DNA of 64,000 bases from Candidatus Latescibacterota bacterium (GTDB lineage Bacteria > Latescibacterota > UBA2968 > GCA-2709665), in contig CBDCOX010000002.1 in NCBI GenBank assembly GCA_965219995.1, forward strand, positions 1,952,001-2,016,000, read 5' to 3'. This document shows positions 61,861 through 64,000 of this stretch, one piece after another. The notes under the pieces were generated by a model. The model saw only the letters and a list, made by a program, of their open reading frames with translations. It was not told the origin of the DNA and made no database searches. Both the position numbers and the translations under genes were made by a program. Every line of letters starts with the position of its first letter. The first letter of the stretch is position 1.

Positions 61861-62142
61861 AAACCGGTGAGACGCAAGACGGTAGACGGGAGATGACGTC
61901 CTTGCCCGATTGGCTCGTCCTTAATGCCTCTGGCAAGAGATGCAACCGCACAGGGCAATAAAACCGGTGAGACGCAAGACGGTAGACGGTAGATGACATC
62001 CTTGCCCGATTGGTCCTTCCACTATGCCTGCGGCAAGAGATGATACCGAACAGGCACTCACATCATCTCCCGTCTTACGTCTCCCGTCTACCCTCTTTTT
62101 GGCACTGATATCCTCTCACGTCTTACGTCTCCCGTCTCACCG
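61861..62142. repeat. Two 100-bp direct repeats with (G/A/T)AGACG heptamer arrays, plus two inverted heptamer arrays
   Basis: Units begin 61861 and 61961 (AAACCGGTGAGACGCAAGACGGTAGACGG.AGATGAC.TCCTTGCCCGATTGG); complementary arms at 62064-62092 and 62114-62142. Confidence 0.9.
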
Positions 62143-62157
62143 CCTCTTTATGCCTGG

Positions 62158-62198
62158 AAACAAGAAAGGAGGACGGTCCCGCGGACCGCCCCCCTTTG
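62158..62198 (-). terminator. Rho-independent terminator after porV
   Basis: On the minus strand, AAAGGGGGGCGGTCC-GCG-GGACCGTCCTCCTTT followed by CTTGTTT, about 20 nt after the stop. Confidence 0.7.
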
Positions 62199-62218
62199 TG
62201 TTTACCGCCCGTCAGCCC

Positions 62219-63265
62219 TTAGAACGTTCCGCCCACCGACAGACGCATCGGCGGATCGAAGATTCCCAGATCCGCGTTATGGTAAGAGAGGTCCACGGTG
62301 ATCAGCTGACCGCCCGGGAGTTCGTGCTTCAGGCCGGCGCCGACGCTCCAGCTTTCGAGGGCCGTATGCGTCCGGTATCCGGCGCGAAGCGCCAGCGTGT
62401 TCTCCAGCCAGAGTTCCCCGCCCATGCGGGTGATCGGCCGGAAGTCCGTTACGAACTCGTGCTCGAGCGAGAGCGTGAAGTATCCCGGGTCGCCCTTCTG
62501 CCCGAAAATCTCCATCGCTCCACCGAGGGAGTACGTGGTGGGCATCACCGCCGTGAAACCGCCTTCCGTTGCCTTGACGTTCGGGCCCAGGTTCCGGAAA
62601 CTCATGGCGATCCTGCTGCTCCGGTACCCGGTGTAGAAGTGGGTGCCGATGCTGTAGTCCAGCGTGGACACCTTCTCCAGGTGAAGATCTTCCTGGATCC
62701 AGCGAATCTGACCGCCCAGCATGAATTTATCGGTCATCTTCTTCGCAAATACCGCACCCAGAGCGATATCACCTGCCCGAAACATGGTTCCCGTGCCCCA
62801 CGGCGCCGTCGGGGTGGTGACCTCCATCTCCTCCGTTGTAAAGCTGTTTACGGTAAACCCGATGACCCCGAAGCCGGCGTTGAACGCCAGCGCCCCGGAA
62901 ATCGTTGAGGAATTGGTCAACCAGCGGGTGTAATTCAGGGAATAGGCCACGTTTTCGATGTGCCCCAGGCCCGCGGCGTTCCAGAACGCGGACGAGATGT
63001 CGTCCGATATTGCCGTGTAAGCCCCGCCCATGGCCTCGGCGCGGGCGCTCTGGCCGATTTTCAGAAACGGGAACTCGGAGAGTCCCACGCGCTCGACCCA
63101 GAGACCCCAGGCCTTGTCGACGTTCTCCATCTTCGGATCGATCAACGCCCCGTCGCGCGACCCGGTGCCGGGCGCCGGCTGCTCAACCGCCCCCGCCGGC
63201 GTCACGGACAGGAGAGCGACGGTCACGAGGGCCAATCCCAAGATGATCCATCCTTTTTTCATCAC
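62219..63265 (-). CDS. PorV/PorQ-family outer-membrane beta-barrel
   Basis: Signal peptide; FLKIGQSARAEAMGGAYTA..DD.S..FWN.AGL motif; amphipathic strands; LALRAGY; C-terminal Phe. Confidence 0.85.
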   Translation of the reverse strand: MMKKGWIILGLALVTVALLSVTPAGAVEQPAPGTGSRDGALIDPKMENVDKAWGLWVERVGLSEFPFLKIGQSARAEAMGGAYTAISDDISSAFWNAAGLGHIENVAYSLNYTRWLTNSSTISGALAFNAGFGVIGFTVNSFTTEEMEVTTPTAPWGTGTMFRAGDIALGAVFAKKMTDKFMLGGQIRWIQEDLHLEKVSTLDYSIGTHFYTGYRSSRIAMSFRNLGPNVKATEGGFTAVMPTTYSLGGAMEIFGQKGDPGYFTLSLEHEFVTDFRPITRMGGELWLENTLALRAGYRTHTALESWSVGAGLKHELPGGQLITVDLSYHNADLGIFDPPMRLSVGGTF

Positions 63266-63292
63266 TAATCTCCTTAATCGTCGCGAGGTCCG

Positions 63293-64000
63293 TTAACGGA
63301 TCACCACAAACGTACCGGTCTTGATCTTACCGGCGGCCGCCGAACCTTCAACGCCATGCACGGCATAGAAATAGATTCCCGGGCCCACAAGCGCCCGGAT
63401 CGTGGAATAAGGACGGCCGGTCCAGCTTGTCTCGCTGGATGAAATGGCCTTCTGTCGCAATACCTGGATCAACTGTCCGGCGGTATTGAAGATATAGATG
63501 AACGAGTTTGACGGCACGTTCACAAACCGGATTTTCAGACCGCCGCCGTACTCGTTGGTGCCGTTGGCCATATAGGGGTTCGGCACCACCACGATGTCCC
63601 GTTCCAGCGCGTCGGCTGCCGCCACGTAGGGCAGCACGGGAGACCCGCGGTTTACCTGCAGGAAGTTGGAAAAAGGCCCCTCCTGCCCGTTCTGCAGGAA
63701 CTTCTGCGCCCTGGGCGGGAGATCCGCAAACGTCATGTTTCCGTCGTTGTTCGCCCAGTCGTTATGCGGTTCCTGGTAAGCCCGAATACTGTAGTAATAG
63801 AAGAATCCGGCGTTGGAACTCGCATCGGACCAGCCGTACATCCCAGGCCGTGCGGCGCGGCGGCCGTCATTCGCCTGGTTCGCCAGCCCAACCGCCGTAT
63901 TCTCGTTTCCTTCCGCCGCCGCCACGGGCCAGTCGGCGCCCGCGTCGTACGTGACACCCGCCGGCAGAGGCCCGCCAACCGGAATGTCGCCGACCAGCGA
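63293..64000 (-). CDS. C-terminal part of a secreted protein with a T9SS/FlgD-Ig-like C-terminal sorting domain (5' end outside the window)
   Basis: IVVVPNPY, IRFVNVP, IYIFNTAGQLIQVL, W.GR, VGPGIYFYAV, KTGTFVVIR. Confidence 0.82.
   Translation of the reverse strand, partial: SLVGDIPVGGPLPAGVTYDAGADWPVAAAEGNENTAVGLANQANDGRRAARPGMYGWSDASSNAGFFYYYSIRAYQEPHNDWANNDGNMTFADLPPRAQKFLQNGQEGPFSNFLQVNRGSPVLPYVAAADALERDIVVVPNPYMANGTNEYGGGLKIRFVNVPSNSFIYIFNTAGQLIQVLRQKAISSSETSWTGRPYSTIRALVGPGIYFYAVHGVEGSAAAGKIKTGTFVVIR

Noticed and set aside
61861-62059. CRISPR array (also considered for 58783-59104)
   Set aside because: Only two units, the intervening sequences are homologous rather than unique spacers, and there are no cas genes.

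Overview
GC-rich bacterial chromosomal segment. The gene content (dockerin/EF-hand 'DFDGNGxxDxxDFxxF' tags, PorV plus a T9SS-like CTD protein, GWxTD/TPR proteins, DUF6785-type transporter, many PhyH dioxygenases, sulfatases, heparinase II/III-like lyases, an NHL lipoprotein) points by inference to an FCB-group candidate phylum such as Latescibacterota, possibly host- or sponge-associated. Left to right: a partial histidine kinase; a LivK-like lipoprotein; a CP-ATP-grasp/Amt/alpha-E/transglutaminase operon; TPP riboswitch-thiC; a sulfatase; an aminotransferase/dehydrogenase/PhyH x3/O-methyltransferase/RraA cluster; three heparinase II/III-like lyases; blaI plus an M56-(TonB-C)x3 sensor; two decayed toxin-antitoxin pairs; many catabolic enzymes; two GWxTD-like proteins; porV and a CTD cargo gene; and several MITE/REP-like and heptamer-repeat elements. 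No rRNA, tRNA or CRISPR array was seen. Top leads: (1) four of five PhyH-fold enzymes carry HxA/HxS/HxG instead of HxD, the signature of Fe(II)/2OG halogenases or of a relocated metal ligand; (2) an ammonium transporter is embedded in, and translationally coupled to, the peptide-ligase/alpha-E/transglutaminase system; (3) a GWxTD-variant/PorV/CTD envelope module is flanked by orphan structured repeats. All calls come from reading motifs by eye; no database search was run.
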